This document shows, in pieces, positions 11,541-26,201 of a stretch of DNA of 64,000 nt. Position 1 is the stretch's first letter; each line of letters opens with the position of its first letter. The position numbers were made by a program, and so were the translations under genes. The notes beneath the pieces were generated by a model. The model did not search any database. It saw only the letters and a program-made list of their open reading frames with translations, and was not told the origin of the DNA. The DNA is taken from the NCBI GenBank assembly GCA_964057225.1, contig OZ059899.1, forward strand, positions 11,408,001 to 11,472,000, given 5' to 3'. The DNA is from Auanema rhodensis (taxonomy: Eukaryota > Animalia > Nematoda).

Positions 11541-12132
11541 CACGAAAGTACGAAATAACAAAGCGCTGATTATAGGAAACGTGAATGAATGCAGATATTC
11601 TCAATTCCGATTCATTAACTAGATCGTGGTCAGCATTTTACAACATTGATAAAATAGAAACTGAGAAAAAAACATCAACAAATGACACTATTAACTTGGT
11701 TTTTTGAACAGCTTTTTTATATTTCTTTTTTCACTATGAGAGAACTTATATTTATTGCTTTTTCAAAATTTTCCATTTTTAACATTATACATCTTGACTA
11801 TCACACATTGAGAACAACAGTTGGCAATGTTGGTTGTCACGTCATATTTCATGCAGTTAGATTTTCAGACACATTAATACCTTTGACCATTCTTCTTATG
11901 AGTTTTGTAACGATAGATCGTAATAGGAAATGAATTGCTATAATATGAAAAAATACAAGACATAGTCAACATTGATTTCCCCAAATAGTATCATGTTTGC
12001 TTGTTATTCAATTAGAACACTTATTTTTTGATTGTTTTCTTGAAATATTCTTTTTTTTCTTTAACAAAGTTATGACTGAGATCAAAATTTGAACTTACTT
12101 TTGAACAATTAAACAGAAATTTAAAAAATATT

Positions 12133-12206
12133 TGCCGCCAGCAGGGGTCGAACCTGCGACCTTGGGCTTATTAGACCCACGCTCTAACCGACTGAGCTAT
12201 GGCGGC
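12133..12206 (-). tRNA. tRNA-Ile(AAT)
   Basis: Array consensus cloverleaf. Confidence 0.97.
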
Positions 12207-12797
12207 TACGAAAGTACGAAATAACAAAGCGCTGATTATAGGAAACGTGAATGAATGCAGATATTCTCAATTCCGATTCATTAACTAGATCGTGGTCAGC
12301 ATTTTACAACATTGATAAAATAGAAACTGAGAAAAAAACATCAACAAATGACACTATTAACTTGGTTTTTTGAACAGCTTTTTTATAATTCTTTTTCACT
12401 ATGAGAGAACTTATATTTATTGCTTTTTCAAAATTTTCCATTTTTAACATTATACATCTTGACTATCACACATTGAGAACAACAGTTGGCAATGTTGGTT
12501 GTCACGTCATATTTCATGCAGTTAGATTTTCAGACACATTAATACCTTTAACCATTCTTCTTATGAGTTTTGTAACGATAGATCGTAATAGGAAATGAAT
12601 TGCTATAATATGAAAAAATACAAGACATAGTCAACATTGATTTCCCCAAATAGTATCATGTTTGCTTGTTATTCAATTAGAACACTTATTTTTTGATTGT
12701 TTTCTTGAAATATTCTTTTTTTTCTTTAACAAAGTTATGACTGAGATCAAAATTTGAACTTACTTTTGAACAATTAAACAGAAATTTAAAAAATATT

Positions 12798-12871
12798 TGC
12801 CGCCAGCAGGGGTCGAACCTGCGACCTTGGGCTTATTAGACCAACGCTCTAACCGACTGAGCTATGGCGGC
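12798..12871 (-). tRNA. tRNA-Ile(AAT), anticodon-stem mismatch variant
   Basis: TTGGT instead of TGGGT in the anticodon stem. Confidence 0.9.
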
Positions 12872-13463
12872 CACGAAAGTACGAAATAACAAAGCGCTGA
12901 TTATAGGAAACGTGAATGAATGCAGATATTCTCAATTCCGATTCATTAACTAGATCGTGGTCAGCATTTTACAACATTGATAAAATAGAAACTGAGAAAA
13001 AAACATCAACAAATGACACTATTAACTTGGTTTTTTGAACAGCTTTTTTATATTTCTTTTTTCACTATGAGAGAACTTATATTTATTGCTTTTTCAAAAT
13101 TTTCCATTTTTAACATTATACATCTTGACTATCACACATTGAGAACAACAGTTGGCAATGTTGGTTGTCACGTCATATTTCATGCAGTTAGATTTTCAGA
13201 CACATTAATACCTTTAACCATTCTTCTTATGAGTTTTGTAACGATAGATCGTAATAGGAAATGAATTGCTATAATATGAAAAAATACAAGACATAGTCAA
13301 CATTGATTTCCCCAAATAGTATCATGTTTGCTTGTTATTCAATTAGAACACTTATTTTTTGATTGTTTTCTTGAAATATTCTTTTTTTTCTTTAACAAAG
13401 TTATGACTGAGATCAAAATTTGAACTTACTTTTGAACAATTAAACAGAAATTTAAAAAATATT

Positions 13464-13537
13464 TGCCGCCAGCAGGGGTCGAACCTGCGACCTTGGGCTT
13501 ATTAGACCCACGCTCTAACCGACTGAGCTGTGGCGGC
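13464..13537 (-). tRNA. tRNA-Ile(AAT), U8C variant
   Basis: GCCACAGCTC. Confidence 0.9.
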
Positions 13538-14129
13538 TACGAAAGTACGAAATAACAAAGCGCTGATTATAGGAAACGTGAATGAATGCAGATATTCTCA
13601 ATTCCGATTCATTAACTAGATCGTGGTCAGCATTTTACAACATTGATAAAATAGAAACTGAGAAAAAAACATCAACAAATGACACTATTAACTTGGTTTT
13701 TTGAACAGCTTTTTTATAATTCTTTTTCACTATGAGAGAACTTATATTTATTGCTTTTTCAAAATTTTCCATTTTTAACATTATACATCTTGACTATCAC
13801 ACATTGAGAACAACAGTTGGCAATGTTGGTTGTCACGTCATATTTCATGCAGTTAGATTTTCAGACACATTAATACCTTTAACCATTCTTCTTATGAGTT
13901 TTGTAACGATAGATCGTAATAGGAAATGAATTGCTATAATATGAAAAAATACAAGACATAGTCAACATTGATTTCCCCAAATAGTATCATGTTTGCTTGT
14001 TATTCAATTAGAACACTTATTTTTTGATTGTTTTCTTGAAATATTCTTTTTTTTTCTTTAACAAAGTTATGACTGAGATCAAAATTTGAACTTACTTTTG
14101 AACAATTAAACAGAAATTTAAAAAATATT

Positions 14130-14203
14130 TGCCGCCAGCAGGGGTCGAACCTGCGACCTTGGGCTTATTAGACCCACGCTCTAACCGACTGAGCTATGGC
14201 GGC
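14130..14203 (-). tRNA. tRNA-Ile(AAT)
   Basis: Array consensus cloverleaf. Confidence 0.97.
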
Positions 14204-14795
14204 CACGAAAGTACGAAATAACAAAGCGCTGATTATAGGAAACGTGAATGAATGCAGATATTCTCAATTCCGATTCATTAACTAGATCGTGGTCAGCATT
14301 TTACAACATTGATAAAATAGAAACTGAGAAAAAAACATCAACAAATGACACTATTAACTTGGTTTTTTGAACAGCTTTTTTATATTTCTTTTTTCACTAT
14401 GAGAGAACTTATATTTATTGCTTTTTCAAAATTTTCCATTTTTAACATTATACATCTTGACTATCACACATTGAGAACAACAGTTGGCAATGTTGGTTGT
14501 CACGTCATATTTCATGCAGTTAGATTTTCAGACACATTAATACCTTTGACCATTCTTCTTATGAGTTTTGTAACGATAGATCGTAATAGGAAATGAATTG
14601 CTATAATATGAAAAAATACAAGACATAGTCAACATTGATTTCCCCAAATAGTATCATGTTTGCTTGTTATTCAATTAGAACACTTATTTTTTGATTGTTT
14701 TCTTGAAATATTCTTTTTTTTCTTTAACAAAGTTATGACTGAGATCAAAATTTGAACTTACTTTTGAACAATTAAACAGAAATTTAAAAAATATT

Positions 14796-14869
14796 TGCCG
14801 CCAGCAGGGGTCGAACCTGCGACCTTGGGCTTATTAGACCCACGCTCTAACCGACTGAGCTATGGCGGC
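14796..14869 (-). tRNA. tRNA-Ile(AAT)
   Basis: Array consensus cloverleaf. Confidence 0.97.
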
Positions 14870-15460
14870 TACGAAAGTACGAAATAACAAAGCGCTGATT
14901 ATAGGAAACGTGAATGAATGCAGATATTCTCAATTCCGATTCATTAACTAGATCGTGGTCAGCATTTTACAACATTGATAAAATAGAAACTGAGAAAAAA
15001 ACATCAACAAATGACACTATTAACTTGGTTTTTTGAACAGCTTTTTTATAATTCTTTTTCACTATGAGAGAACTTATATTTATTGCTTTTTCAAAATTTT
15101 CCATTTTTAACATTATACATCTTGACTATCACACATTGAGAACAACAGTTGGCAATGTTGGTTGTCACGTCATATTTCATGCAGTTAGATTTTCAGACAC
15201 ATTAATACCTTTGACCATTCTTCTTATGAGTTTTGTAACGATAGATCGTAATAGGAAATGAATTGCTATAATATGAAAAAATACAAGACATAGTCAACAT
15301 TGATTTCCCCAAATAGTATCATGTTTGCTTGTTATTCAATTAGAACACTTATTTTTTGATTGTTTTCTTGAAATATTCTTTTTTTTCTTTAACAAAGTTA
15401 TGACTGAGATCAAAATTTGAACTTACTTTTGAACAATTAAACAGAAATTTAAAAAATATT

Positions 15461-15534
15461 TGCCGCCAGCAGGGGTCGAACCTGCGACCTTGGGCTTATT
15501 AGACCCACGCTCTAACCGACTGAGCTATGGCGGC
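15461..15534 (-). tRNA. tRNA-Ile(AAT)
   Basis: Array consensus cloverleaf. Confidence 0.97.
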
Positions 15535-16126
15535 TACGAGAGTACGAAATAATAAAGCGCTGATTTTAGGAAACGTGAATGAATGCAGATATTCTCAATT
15601 CCGATTCATTAACTAGATCGTGGTCAGCATTTTACAACATTGATAAAATATAAACTGAGAAAAAAACATCAACAAATGACACTATTAACTTGGTTTTTTG
15701 AACAGCTTTTTTATATTTCTTTTTTCACTATGAGAGAACTTATATTTATTGCTTTTTCAAAATTTTCCATTTTTAACATTATACATCTTGACTATCACAC
15801 ATTGAGAACAACAGTTGGCAATGTTGGTTGTCACGTCATATTTCATGCAGTTAGATTTTCAGACACATTAATACCTTTGACCATTCTTCTTATGAGTTTT
15901 GTAACGATAGATCGTAATAGGAAATGAATTGCTATAATATGAAAAAATACAAGACATAGTCAACATTGATTTCCCCAAATAGTATCATGTTTGCTTGTTA
16001 TTCAATTAGAACACTTATTTTTTGATTGTTTTCTTGAAATATTCTTTTTTTTCTTTAACAAAGTTATGACTGAGATCAAAATTTGAACTTACTTTTGAAC
16101 AATTAAACAGAAATTTAAAAAATATT

Positions 16127-16200
16127 TGCCGCCAGCAGGGGTCGAACCTGCGACCTTGGGCTTATTAGACCCACGCTCTAACCGACTGAGCTATGGCGGC
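16127..16200 (-). tRNA. tRNA-Ile(AAT)
   Basis: Array consensus cloverleaf. Confidence 0.97.
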
Positions 16201-16792
16201 TACGAGAGTACGAAATAATAAAGCGCTGATTTTAGGAAACGTGAATGAATGCAGATATTCTCAATTCCGATTCATTAACTAGATCGTGGTCAGCATTTTA
16301 CAACATTGATAAAATATAAACTGAGAAAAAAACATCAACAAATGACACTATTAACTTGGTTTTTTGAACAGCTTTTTTATATTTCTTTTTTCACTATGAG
16401 AGAACTTATATTTATTGCTTTTTCAAAATTTTCCATTTTTAACATTATACATCTTGACTATCACACATTGAGAACAACAGTTGGCAATGTTGGTTGTCAC
16501 GTCATATTTCATGCAGTTAGATTTTCAGACACATTAATACCTTGGACCATTCTTCTTATGAGTTTTGTAACGATAGATCGTAATAGGAAATGAATTGCTA
16601 TAATATGAAAAAATACAAGACATAGTCAACATTGATTTCCCCAAATAGTATCATGTTTGCTTGTTATTCAATTAGAACACTTATTTTTTGATTGTTTTCT
16701 TGAAATATTCTTTTTTTTCTTTAACAAAGTTATGACTGAGATCAAAATTTGAACTTACTTTTGAACAATTAAACAGAAATTTAAAAAATATT

Positions 16793-16866
16793 TGCCGCCA
16801 GCAGGGGTCGAACCTGCGACCTTGGGCTTATTAGACCCACGCTCTAACCGACTGAGCTATGGCGGC
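16793..16866 (-). tRNA. tRNA-Ile(AAT)
   Basis: Array consensus cloverleaf. Confidence 0.97.
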
Positions 16867-17458
16867 TACGAGAGTACGAAATAATAAAGCGCTGATTTTA
16901 GGAAACGTGAATGAATGCAGATATTCTCAATTCCGATTCATTAACTAGATCGTGGTCAGCATTTTACAACATTGATAAAATATAAACTGAGAAAAAAACA
17001 TCAACAAATGACACTATTAACTTGGTTTTTTGAACAGCTTTTTTATATTTCTTTTTTCACTATGAGAGAACTTATATTTATTGCTTTTTCAAAATTTTCC
17101 ATTTTTAACATTATACATCTTGACTATCACACATTGAGAACAACAGTTGGCAATGTTGGTTGTCACGTCATATTTCATGCAGTTAGATTTTCAGACACAT
17201 TAATACCTTTGACCATTCTTCTTATGAGTTTTGTAACGATAGATCGTAATAGGAAATGAATTGCTATAATATGAAAAAATACAAGACATAGTCAACATTG
17301 ATTTCCCCAAATAGTATCATGTTTGCTTGTTATTCAATTAGAACACTTATTTTTTGATTGTTTTCTTGAAATATTCTTTTTTTTCTTTAACAAAGTTATG
17401 ACTGAGATCAAAATTTGAACTTACTTTTGAACAATTAAACAGAAATTTAAAAAATATT

Positions 17459-17532
17459 TGCCGCCAGCAGGGGTCGAACCTGCGACCTTGGGCTTATTAG
17501 ACCCACGCTCTAACCGACTGAGCTATGGCGGC
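17459..17532 (-). tRNA. tRNA-Ile(AAT)
   Basis: Array consensus cloverleaf. Confidence 0.97.
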
Positions 17533-18123
17533 CACGAAAGTACGAAATAACAAAGCGCTGATTATAGGAAACGTGAATGAATGCAGATATTCTCAATTCC
17601 GATTCATTAACTAGATCGTGGTCAGCATTTTACAACATTGATAAAATAGAAACTGAGAAAAAAACATCAACAAATGACACTATTAACTTGGTTTTTTGAA
17701 CAGCTTTTTTATATTTCTTTTTCACTATGAGAGAACTTATATTTATTGCTTTTTCAAAATTTTCCATTTTTAACATTATACATCTTGACTATCACACATT
17801 GAGAACAACAGTTGGCAATGTTGGTTGTCACGTCATATTTCATGCAGTTAGATTTTCAGACACATTAATACCTTTGACCATTCTTCTTATGAGTTTTGTA
17901 ACGATAGATCGTAATAGGAAATGACTTGCTATAATATGAAAAAATACAAGACATAGTCAACATTGATTTCCCCAAATAGTATCATGTTTGCTTGTTATTC
18001 AATTAGAACATATATTTTTTGATTGTTTTCTTGAAATATTCTTTTTTTTCTTTAACAAAGTTATGACTGAGATCAAAATTTGAACTTACTTTTGAACAAT
18101 TAAACAGAAATTTAAAAAATATT

Positions 18124-18197
18124 TGCCGCCAGCAGGGGTCGAACCTGCGACCTTGGGCTTATTAGACCCACGCTCTAACCGACTGAGCTATGGCGGC
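18124..18197 (-). tRNA. tRNA-Ile(AAT)
   Basis: Array consensus cloverleaf. Confidence 0.97.
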
Positions 18198-18789
18198 TAC
18201 GAGAGTACGAAATAATAAAGCGCTGATTTTAGGAAACGTGAATGAATGCAGATATTCTCAATTCCGATTCATTAACTAGATCGTGGTCAGCATTTTACAA
18301 CATTGATAAAATATAAACTGAGAAAAAAACATCAACAAATGACACTATTAACTTGGTTTTTTGAACAGCTTTTTTATATTTCTTTTTTCACTATGAGAGA
18401 ACTTATATTTATTGCTTTTTCAAAATTTTCCATTTTTAACATTATACATCTTGACTATCACACATTGAGAACAACAGTTGGCAATGTTGGTTGTCACGTC
18501 ATATTTCATGCAGTTAGATTTTCAGACACATTAATACCTTTGACCATTCTTCTTATGAGTTTTGTAACGATAGATCGTAATAGGAAATGAATTGCTATAA
18601 TATGAAAAAATACAAGACATAGTCAACATTGATTTCCCCAAATAGTATCATGTTTGCTTGTTATTCAATTAGAACACTTATTTTTTGATTGTTTTCTTGA
18701 AATATTCTTTTTTTTCTTTAACAAAGTTATGACTGAGATCAAAATTTGAACTTACTTTTGAACAATTAAACAGAAATTTAAAAAATATT

Positions 18790-18863
18790 TGCCGCCAGCA
18801 GGGGTCGAACCTGCGACCTTGGGCTTATTAGACCCACGCTCTAACCGACTGAGCTATGGCGGC
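18790..18863 (-). tRNA. tRNA-Ile(AAT)
   Basis: Array consensus cloverleaf. Confidence 0.97.
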
Positions 18864-19454
18864 CACGAAAGTACGAAATAACAAAGCGCTGATTATAGGA
18901 AACGTGAATGAATGCAGATATTCTCAATTCCGATTCATTAACTAGATCGTGGTCAGCATTTTACAACATTGATAAAATAGAAACTGAGAAAAAAACATCA
19001 ACAAATGACACTATTAACTTGGTTTTTTGAACAGCTTTTTTATATTTCTTTTTCACTATGAGAGAACTTATATTTATTGCTTTTTCAAAATTTTCCATTT
19101 TTAACATTATACATCTTGACTATCACACATTGAGAACAACAGTTGGCAATGTTGGTTGTCACGTCATATTTCATGCAGTTAGATTTTCAGACACATTAAT
19201 ACCTTTGACCATTCTTCTTATGAGTTTTGTAACGATAGATCGTAATAGGAAATGACTTGCTATAATATGAAAAAATACAAGACATAGTCAACATTGATTT
19301 CCCCAAATAGTATCATGTTTGCTTGTTATTCAATTAGAACATATATTTTTTGATTGTTTTCTTGAAATATTCTTTTTTTTCTTTAACAAAGTTATGACTG
19401 AGATCAAAATTTGAACTTACTTTTGAACAATTAAACAGAAATTTAAAAAATATT

Positions 19455-19528
19455 TGCCGCCAGCAGGGGTCGAACCTGCGACCTTGGGCTTATTAGACCC
19501 ACGCTCTAACCGACTGAGCTATGGCGGC
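19455..19528 (-). tRNA. tRNA-Ile(AAT)
   Basis: Array consensus cloverleaf. Confidence 0.97.
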
Positions 19529-20120
19529 TACGAAAGTACGAAATAATAAAGCGCTGATTATAGGAAACGTGAATGAATGCAGATATTCTCAATTCCGATT
19601 CATTAACTAGATCGTGATCAGCATTTTACAACATTGATAAAATAGAAACTGAGAAAAAAACATCAACAAATGACACTATTAACTTGGTTTTTTGAACAGC
19701 TTTTTTATATTTCTTTTTTCACTATGAGAGAACTTATATTTATTGCTTTTTCAAAATTTTCCATTTTTAACATTATACATCTTGACTATCACACATTGAG
19801 AACAACAGTTGGCAATGTTGGTTGTCACGTCATATTTCATGCAGTTAGATTTTCAGACACATTAATACCTTTGACCATTCTTCTTATGAGTTTTGTAACG
19901 ATAGATCGTAATAGGAAATGAATTGCTATAATATGAAAAAATACAAGACATAGTCAACATTGATTTCCCCAAATAGTATCATGTTTGCTTGTTATTCAAT
20001 TAGAACACTTATTTTTTGATTGTTTTCTTGAAATATTCTTTTTTTTCTTTAACAAAGTTATGACTGAGATCAAAATTTGAACTTACTTTTGAACAATTAA
20101 ACAGAAATTTAAAAAATATT

Positions 20121-20194
20121 TGCCGCCAGCAGGGGTCGAACCTGCGACCTTGGGCTTATTAGACCCACGCTCTAACCGACTGAGCTATGGCGGC
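20121..20194 (-). tRNA. tRNA-Ile(AAT)
   Basis: Array consensus cloverleaf. Confidence 0.97.
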
Positions 20195-20786
20195 CACGAA
20201 AGTACGAAATAACAAAGCGCTGATTATAGGAAACGTGAATGAATGCAGATATTCTCAATTCCGATTCATTAACTAGATCGTGGTCAGCATTTTACAACAT
20301 TGATAAAATAGAAACTGAGAAAAAAACATCAACAAATGACACTATTAACTTGGTTTTTTGAACAGCTTTTTTATATTTCTTTTTTCACTATGAGAGAACT
20401 TATATTTATTGCTTTTTCAAAATTTTCCATTTTTAACATTATACATCTTGACTATCACACATTGAGAACAACAGTTGGCAATGTTGGTTGTCACGTCATA
20501 TTTCATGCAGTTAGATTTTCAGACACATTAATACCTTGGACCATTCTTCTTATGAGTTTTGTAACGATAGATCGTAATAGGAAATGAATTGCTATAATAT
20601 GAAAAAATACAAGACATAGTCAACATTGATTTCCCCAAATAGTATCATGTTTGCTTGTTATTCAATTAGAACACTTATTTTTTGATTGTTTTCTTGAAAT
20701 ATTCTTTTTTTTCTTTAACAAAGTTATGACTGAGATCAAAATTTGAACTTACTTTTGAACAATTAAACAGAAATTTAAAAAATATT

Positions 20787-20860
20787 TGCCGCCAGCAGGG
20801 GTCGAACCTGCGACCTTGGGCTTATTAGACCCACGCTCTAACCGACTGAGCTATGGCGGC
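20787..20860 (-). tRNA. tRNA-Ile(AAT)
   Basis: Array consensus cloverleaf. Confidence 0.97.
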
Positions 20861-21452
20861 TACGAGAGTACGAAATAATAAAGCGCTGATTTTAGGAAAC
20901 GTGAATGAATGCAGATATTCTCAATTCCGATTCATTAACTAGATCGTGGTCAGCATTTTACAACATTGATAAAATATAAACTGAGAAAAAAACATCAACA
21001 AATGACACTATTAACTTGGTTTTTTGAACAGCTTTTTTATATTTCTTTTTTCACTATGAGAGAACTTATATTTATTGCTTTTTCAAAATTTTCCATTTTT
21101 AACATTATACATCTTGACTATCACACATTGAGAACAACAGTTGGCAATGTTGGTTGTCACGTCATATTTCATGCAGTTAGATTTTCAGACACATTAATAC
21201 CTTTGACCATTCTTCTTATGAGTTTTGTAACGATAGATCGTAATAGGAAATGAATTGCTATAATATGAAAAAATACAAGACATAGTCAACATTGATTTCC
21301 CCAAATAGTATCATGTTTGCTTGTTATTCAATTAGAACACTTATTTTTTGATTGTTTTCTTGAAATATTCTTTTTTTTCTTTAACAAAGTTATGACTGAG
21401 ATCAAAATTTGAACTTACTTTTGAACAATTAAACAGAAATTTAAAAAATATT

Positions 21453-21526
21453 TGCCGCCAGCAGGGGTCGAACCTGCGACCTTGGGCTTATTAGACCCAC
21501 GCTCTAACCGACTGAGCTATGGCGGC
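21453..21526 (-). tRNA. tRNA-Ile(AAT)
   Basis: Array consensus cloverleaf. Confidence 0.97.
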
Positions 21527-22117
21527 CACGAAAGTACGAAATAACAAAGCGCTGATTATAGGAAACGTGAATGAATGCAGATATTCTCAATTCCGATTCA
21601 TTAACTAGATCGTGGTCAGCATTTTACAACATTGATAAAATAGAAACTGAGAAAAAAACATCAACAAATGACACTATTAACTTGGTTTTTTGAACAGCTT
21701 TTTTATATTTCTTTTTCACTATGAGAGAACTTATATTTATTGCTTTTTCAAAATTTTCCATTTTTAACATTATACATCTTGACTATCACACATTGAGAAC
21801 AACAGTTGGCAATGTTGGTTGTCACGTCATATTTCATGCAGTTAGATTTTCAGACACATTAATACCTTTGACCATTCTTCTTATGAGTTTTGTAACGATA
21901 GATCGTAATAGGAAATGACTTGCTATAATATGAAAAAATACAAGACATAGTCAACATTGATTTCCCCAAATAGTATCATGTTTGCTTGTTATTCAATTAG
22001 AACATATATTTTTTGATTGTTTTCTTGAAATATTCTTTTTTTTCTTTAACAAAGTTATGACTGAGATCAAAATTTGAACTTACTTTTGAACAATTAAACA
22101 GAAATTTAAAAAATATT

Positions 22118-22191
22118 TGCCGCCAGCAGGGGTCGAACCTGCGACCTTGGGCTTATTAGACCCACGCTCTAACCGACTGAGCTATGGCGGC
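22118..22191 (-). tRNA. tRNA-Ile(AAT)
   Basis: Array consensus cloverleaf. Confidence 0.97.
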
Positions 22192-22783
22192 TACGAAAGT
22201 ACGAAATAATAAAGCGCTGATTATAGGAAACGTGAATGAATGCAGATATTCTCAATTCCGATTCATTAACTAGATCGTGATCAGCATTTTACAACATTGA
22301 TAAAATAGAAACTGAGAAAAAAACATCAACAAATGACACTATTAACTTGGTTTTTTGAACAGCTTTTTTATATTTCTTTTTTCACTATGAGAGAACTTAT
22401 ATTTATTGCTTTTTCAAAATTTTCCATTTTTAACATTATACATCTTGACTATCACACATTGAGAACAACAGTTGGCAATGTTGGTTGTCACGTCATATTT
22501 CATGCAGTTAGATTTTCAGACACATTAATACCTTTGACCATTCTTCTTATGAGTTTTGTAACGATAGATCGTAATAGGAAATGAATTGCTATAATATGAA
22601 AAAATACAAGACATAGTCAACATTGATTTCCCCAAATAGTATCATGTTTGCTTGTTATTCAATTAGAACACTTATTTTTTGATTGTTTTCTTGAAATATT
22701 CTTTTTTTTCTTTAACAAAGTTATGACTGAGATCAAAATTTGAACTTACTTTTGAACAATTAAACAGAAATTTAAAAAATATT

Positions 22784-22857
22784 TGCCGCCAGCAGGGGTC
22801 GAACCTGCGACCTTGGGCTTATTAGACCCACGCTCTAACCGACTGAGCTATGGCGGC
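22784..22857 (-). tRNA. tRNA-Ile(AAT)
   Basis: Array consensus cloverleaf. Confidence 0.97.
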
Positions 22858-23449
22858 TACGAAAGTACGAAATAACAAAGCGCTGATTATAGGAAACGTG
22901 AATGAATGCAGATATTCTCAATTCCGATTCATTAACTAGATCGTGATCAGCATTTTACAACATTGATAAAATATAAACTGAGAAAAAAACATCAACAAAT
23001 GACACTATTAACTTGGTTTTTTGAACAGCTTTTTTATATTTCTTTTTTCACTATGAGAGAACTTATATTTATTGCTTTTTCAAAATTTTCCATTTTTAAC
23101 ATTATACATCTTGACTATCACACATTGAGAACAACAGTTGGCAATGTTGGTTGTCACGTCATATTTCATGCAGTTAGATTTTCAGACACATTAATACCTT
23201 TAACCATTCTTCTTATGAGTTTTGTAACGATAGATCGTAATAGGAAATGAATTGCAATAATATGAAAAAATACAAGACATAGTCAACATTGATTTCCCCA
23301 AATAGTATCATGTTTGCTTGTTATTCAATTAGAACACTTTTTTTTTGATTGTTTTCTTGAAATATTCTTTTTTTTCTTTAACAAAGTTATGACTGAGATC
23401 AAAATTTGAACTTACTTTTGAACAATTAAACAGAAATTTAAAAAATATT

Positions 23450-23523
23450 TGCCGCCAGCAGGGGTCGAACCTGCGACCTTGGGCTTATTAGACCCACGCT
23501 CTAACCGACTGAGCTATGGCGGC
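23450..23523 (-). tRNA. tRNA-Ile(AAT)
   Basis: Array consensus cloverleaf. Confidence 0.97.
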
Positions 23524-24122
23524 TACGAAAGTACGAAATAACAAAGCGCTGATTATAGGAAACGTGAATGAATGCAGATATTCTCAATTCCGATTCATTA
23601 ACTAGATCGTGGTCAGCATTTTACAACATTGATAAAATAGAAACTGAGAAAAAAACATCAACAAATGACACTATTAACTTGGTTTTTTGAACAACTTTTT
23701 TATATTTCTTTTTTCACTATGAGAGAACTTATATTTATTGCTTTTTCAAAATTTTCCATTTTTAACATTATACATCTTGACTATCACACATTGAGAACAA
23801 CAGTTGGCAATGTTGGTTGTCACGTCATATTTCATGCAGTTAGATTTTCAGACACATTAATACCTTTGACCATTCTTCTTATGAGTTTTGTAACGATAGA
23901 TCGTAATAGGAAATAGGAAATGAATTGCTATAATATGAAAAAATACAAGACATAGTCAACATTGATTTCCCCAAATAGTATCATGTTTGCTTGTTATTCA
24001 ATTAGAACACTTTTTTTTTGATTGTTTTCTTGAAATATTCTTTTTTTTCTTTAACAAAGTTATGACTGAGATCAAAATTTGAACTTACTTTTGAACAATT
24101 AAACAGAAATTTAAAAAATATT

Positions 24123-24196
24123 TGCCGCCAGCAGGGGTCGAACCTGCGACCTTGGGCTTATTAGACCCACGCTCTAACCGACTGAGCTATGGCGGC
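24123..24196 (-). tRNA. tRNA-Ile(AAT)
   Basis: Array consensus cloverleaf. Confidence 0.97.
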
Positions 24197-24788
24197 TACG
24201 AAAGTACGAAATAATAAAGCGCTGATTATAGGAAACGTGAATGAATGCAGATATTCTCAATTCCGATTCATTAACTAGATCGTGATCAGCATTTTACAAC
24301 ATTGATAAAATAGAAACTGAGAAAAAAACATCAACAAATGACACTATTAACTTGGTTTTTTGAACAGCTTTTTTATATTTCTTTTTTCACTATGAGAGAA
24401 CTTATATTTATTGCTTTTTCAAAATTTTCCATTTTTAACATTATACATCTTGACTATCACACATTGAGAACAACAGTTGGCAATGTTGGTTGTCACGTCA
24501 TATTTCATGCAGTTAGATTTTCAGACACATTAATACCTTTGACCATTCTTCTTATGAGTTTTGTAACGATAGATCGTAATAGGAAATGAATTGCTATAAT
24601 ATGAAAAAATACAAGACATAGTCAACATTGATTTCCCCAAATAGTATCATGTTTGCTTGTTATTCAATTAGAACACTTATTTTTTGATTGTTTTCTTGAA
24701 ATATTCTTTTTTTTCTTTAACAAAGTTATGACTGAGATCAAAATTTGAACTTACTTTTGAACAATTAAACAGAAATTTAAAAAATATT

Positions 24789-24862
24789 TGCCGCCAGCAG
24801 GGGTCGAACCTGCGACCTTGGGCTTATTAGACCCACGCTCTAACCGACTGAGCTATGGCGGC
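24789..24862 (-). tRNA. tRNA-Ile(AAT)
   Basis: Array consensus cloverleaf. Confidence 0.97.
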
Positions 24863-25454
24863 TACGAAAGTACGAAATAACAAAGCGCTGATTATAGGAA
24901 ACGTGAATGAATGCAGATATTCTCAATTCCGATTCATTAACTAGATCGTGATCAGCATTTTACAACATTGATAAAATATAAACTGAGAAAAAAACATCAA
25001 CAAATGACACTATTAACTTGGTTTTTTGAACAGCTTTTTTATATTTCTTTTTTCACTATGAGAGAACTTATATTTATTGCTTTTTCAAAATTTTCCATTT
25101 TTAACATTATACATCTTGACTATCACACATTGAGAACAACAGTTGGCAATGTTGGTTGTCACGTCATATTTCATGCAGTTAGATTTTCAGACACATTAAT
25201 ACCTTTAACCATTCTTCTTATGAGTTTTGTAACGATAGATCGTAATAGGAAATGAATTGCAATAATATGAAAAAATACAAGACATAGTCAACATTGATTT
25301 CCCCAAATAGTATCATGTTTGCTTGTTATTCAATTAGAACACTTTTTTTTTGATTGTTTTCTTGAAATATTCTTTTTTTTCTTTAACAAAGTTATGACTG
25401 AGATCAAAATTTGAACTTACTTTTGAACAATTAAACAGAAATTTAAAAAATATT

Positions 25455-25528
25455 TGCCGCCAGCAGGGGTCGAACCTGCGACCTTGGGCTTATTAGACCC
25501 ACGCTCTAACCGACTGAGCTATGGCGGC
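25455..25528 (-). tRNA. tRNA-Ile(AAT)
   Basis: Array consensus cloverleaf. Confidence 0.97.
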
Positions 25529-26127
25529 TACGAAAGTACGAAATAACAAAGCGCTGATTATAGGAAACGTGAATGAATGCAGATATTCTCAATTCCGATT
25601 CATTAACTAGATCGTGGTCAGCATTTTACAACATTGATAAAATAGAAACTGAGAAAAAAACATCAACAAATGACACTATTAACTTGGTTTTTTGAACAAC
25701 TTTTTTATATTTCTTTTTTCACTATGAGAGAACTTATATTTATTGCTTTTTCAAAATTTTCCATTTTTAACATTATACATCTTGACTATCACACATTGAG
25801 AACAACAGTTGGCAATGTTGGTTGTCACGTCATATTTCATGCAGTTAGATTTTCAGACACATTAATACCTTTGACCATTCTTCTTATGAGTTTTGTAACG
25901 ATAGATCGTAATAGGAAATAGGAAATGAATTGCTATAATATGAAAAAATACAAGACATAGTCAACATTGATTTCCCCAAATAGTATCATGTTTGCTTGTT
26001 ATTCAATTAGAACACTTTTTTTTTGATTGTTTTCTTGAAATATTCTTTTTTTTCTTTAACAAAGTTATGACTGAGATCAAAATTTGAACTTACTTTTGAA
26101 CAATTAAACAGAAATTTAAAAAATATT

Positions 26128-26201
26128 TGCCGCCAGCAGGGGTCGAACCTGCGACCTTGGGCTTATTAAACCCACGCTCTAACCGACTGAGCTATGGCGG
26201 C
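26128..26201 (-). tRNA. tRNA-Ile(AAT), C32U variant
   Basis: Anticodon loop TTAATAA. Confidence 0.93.
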
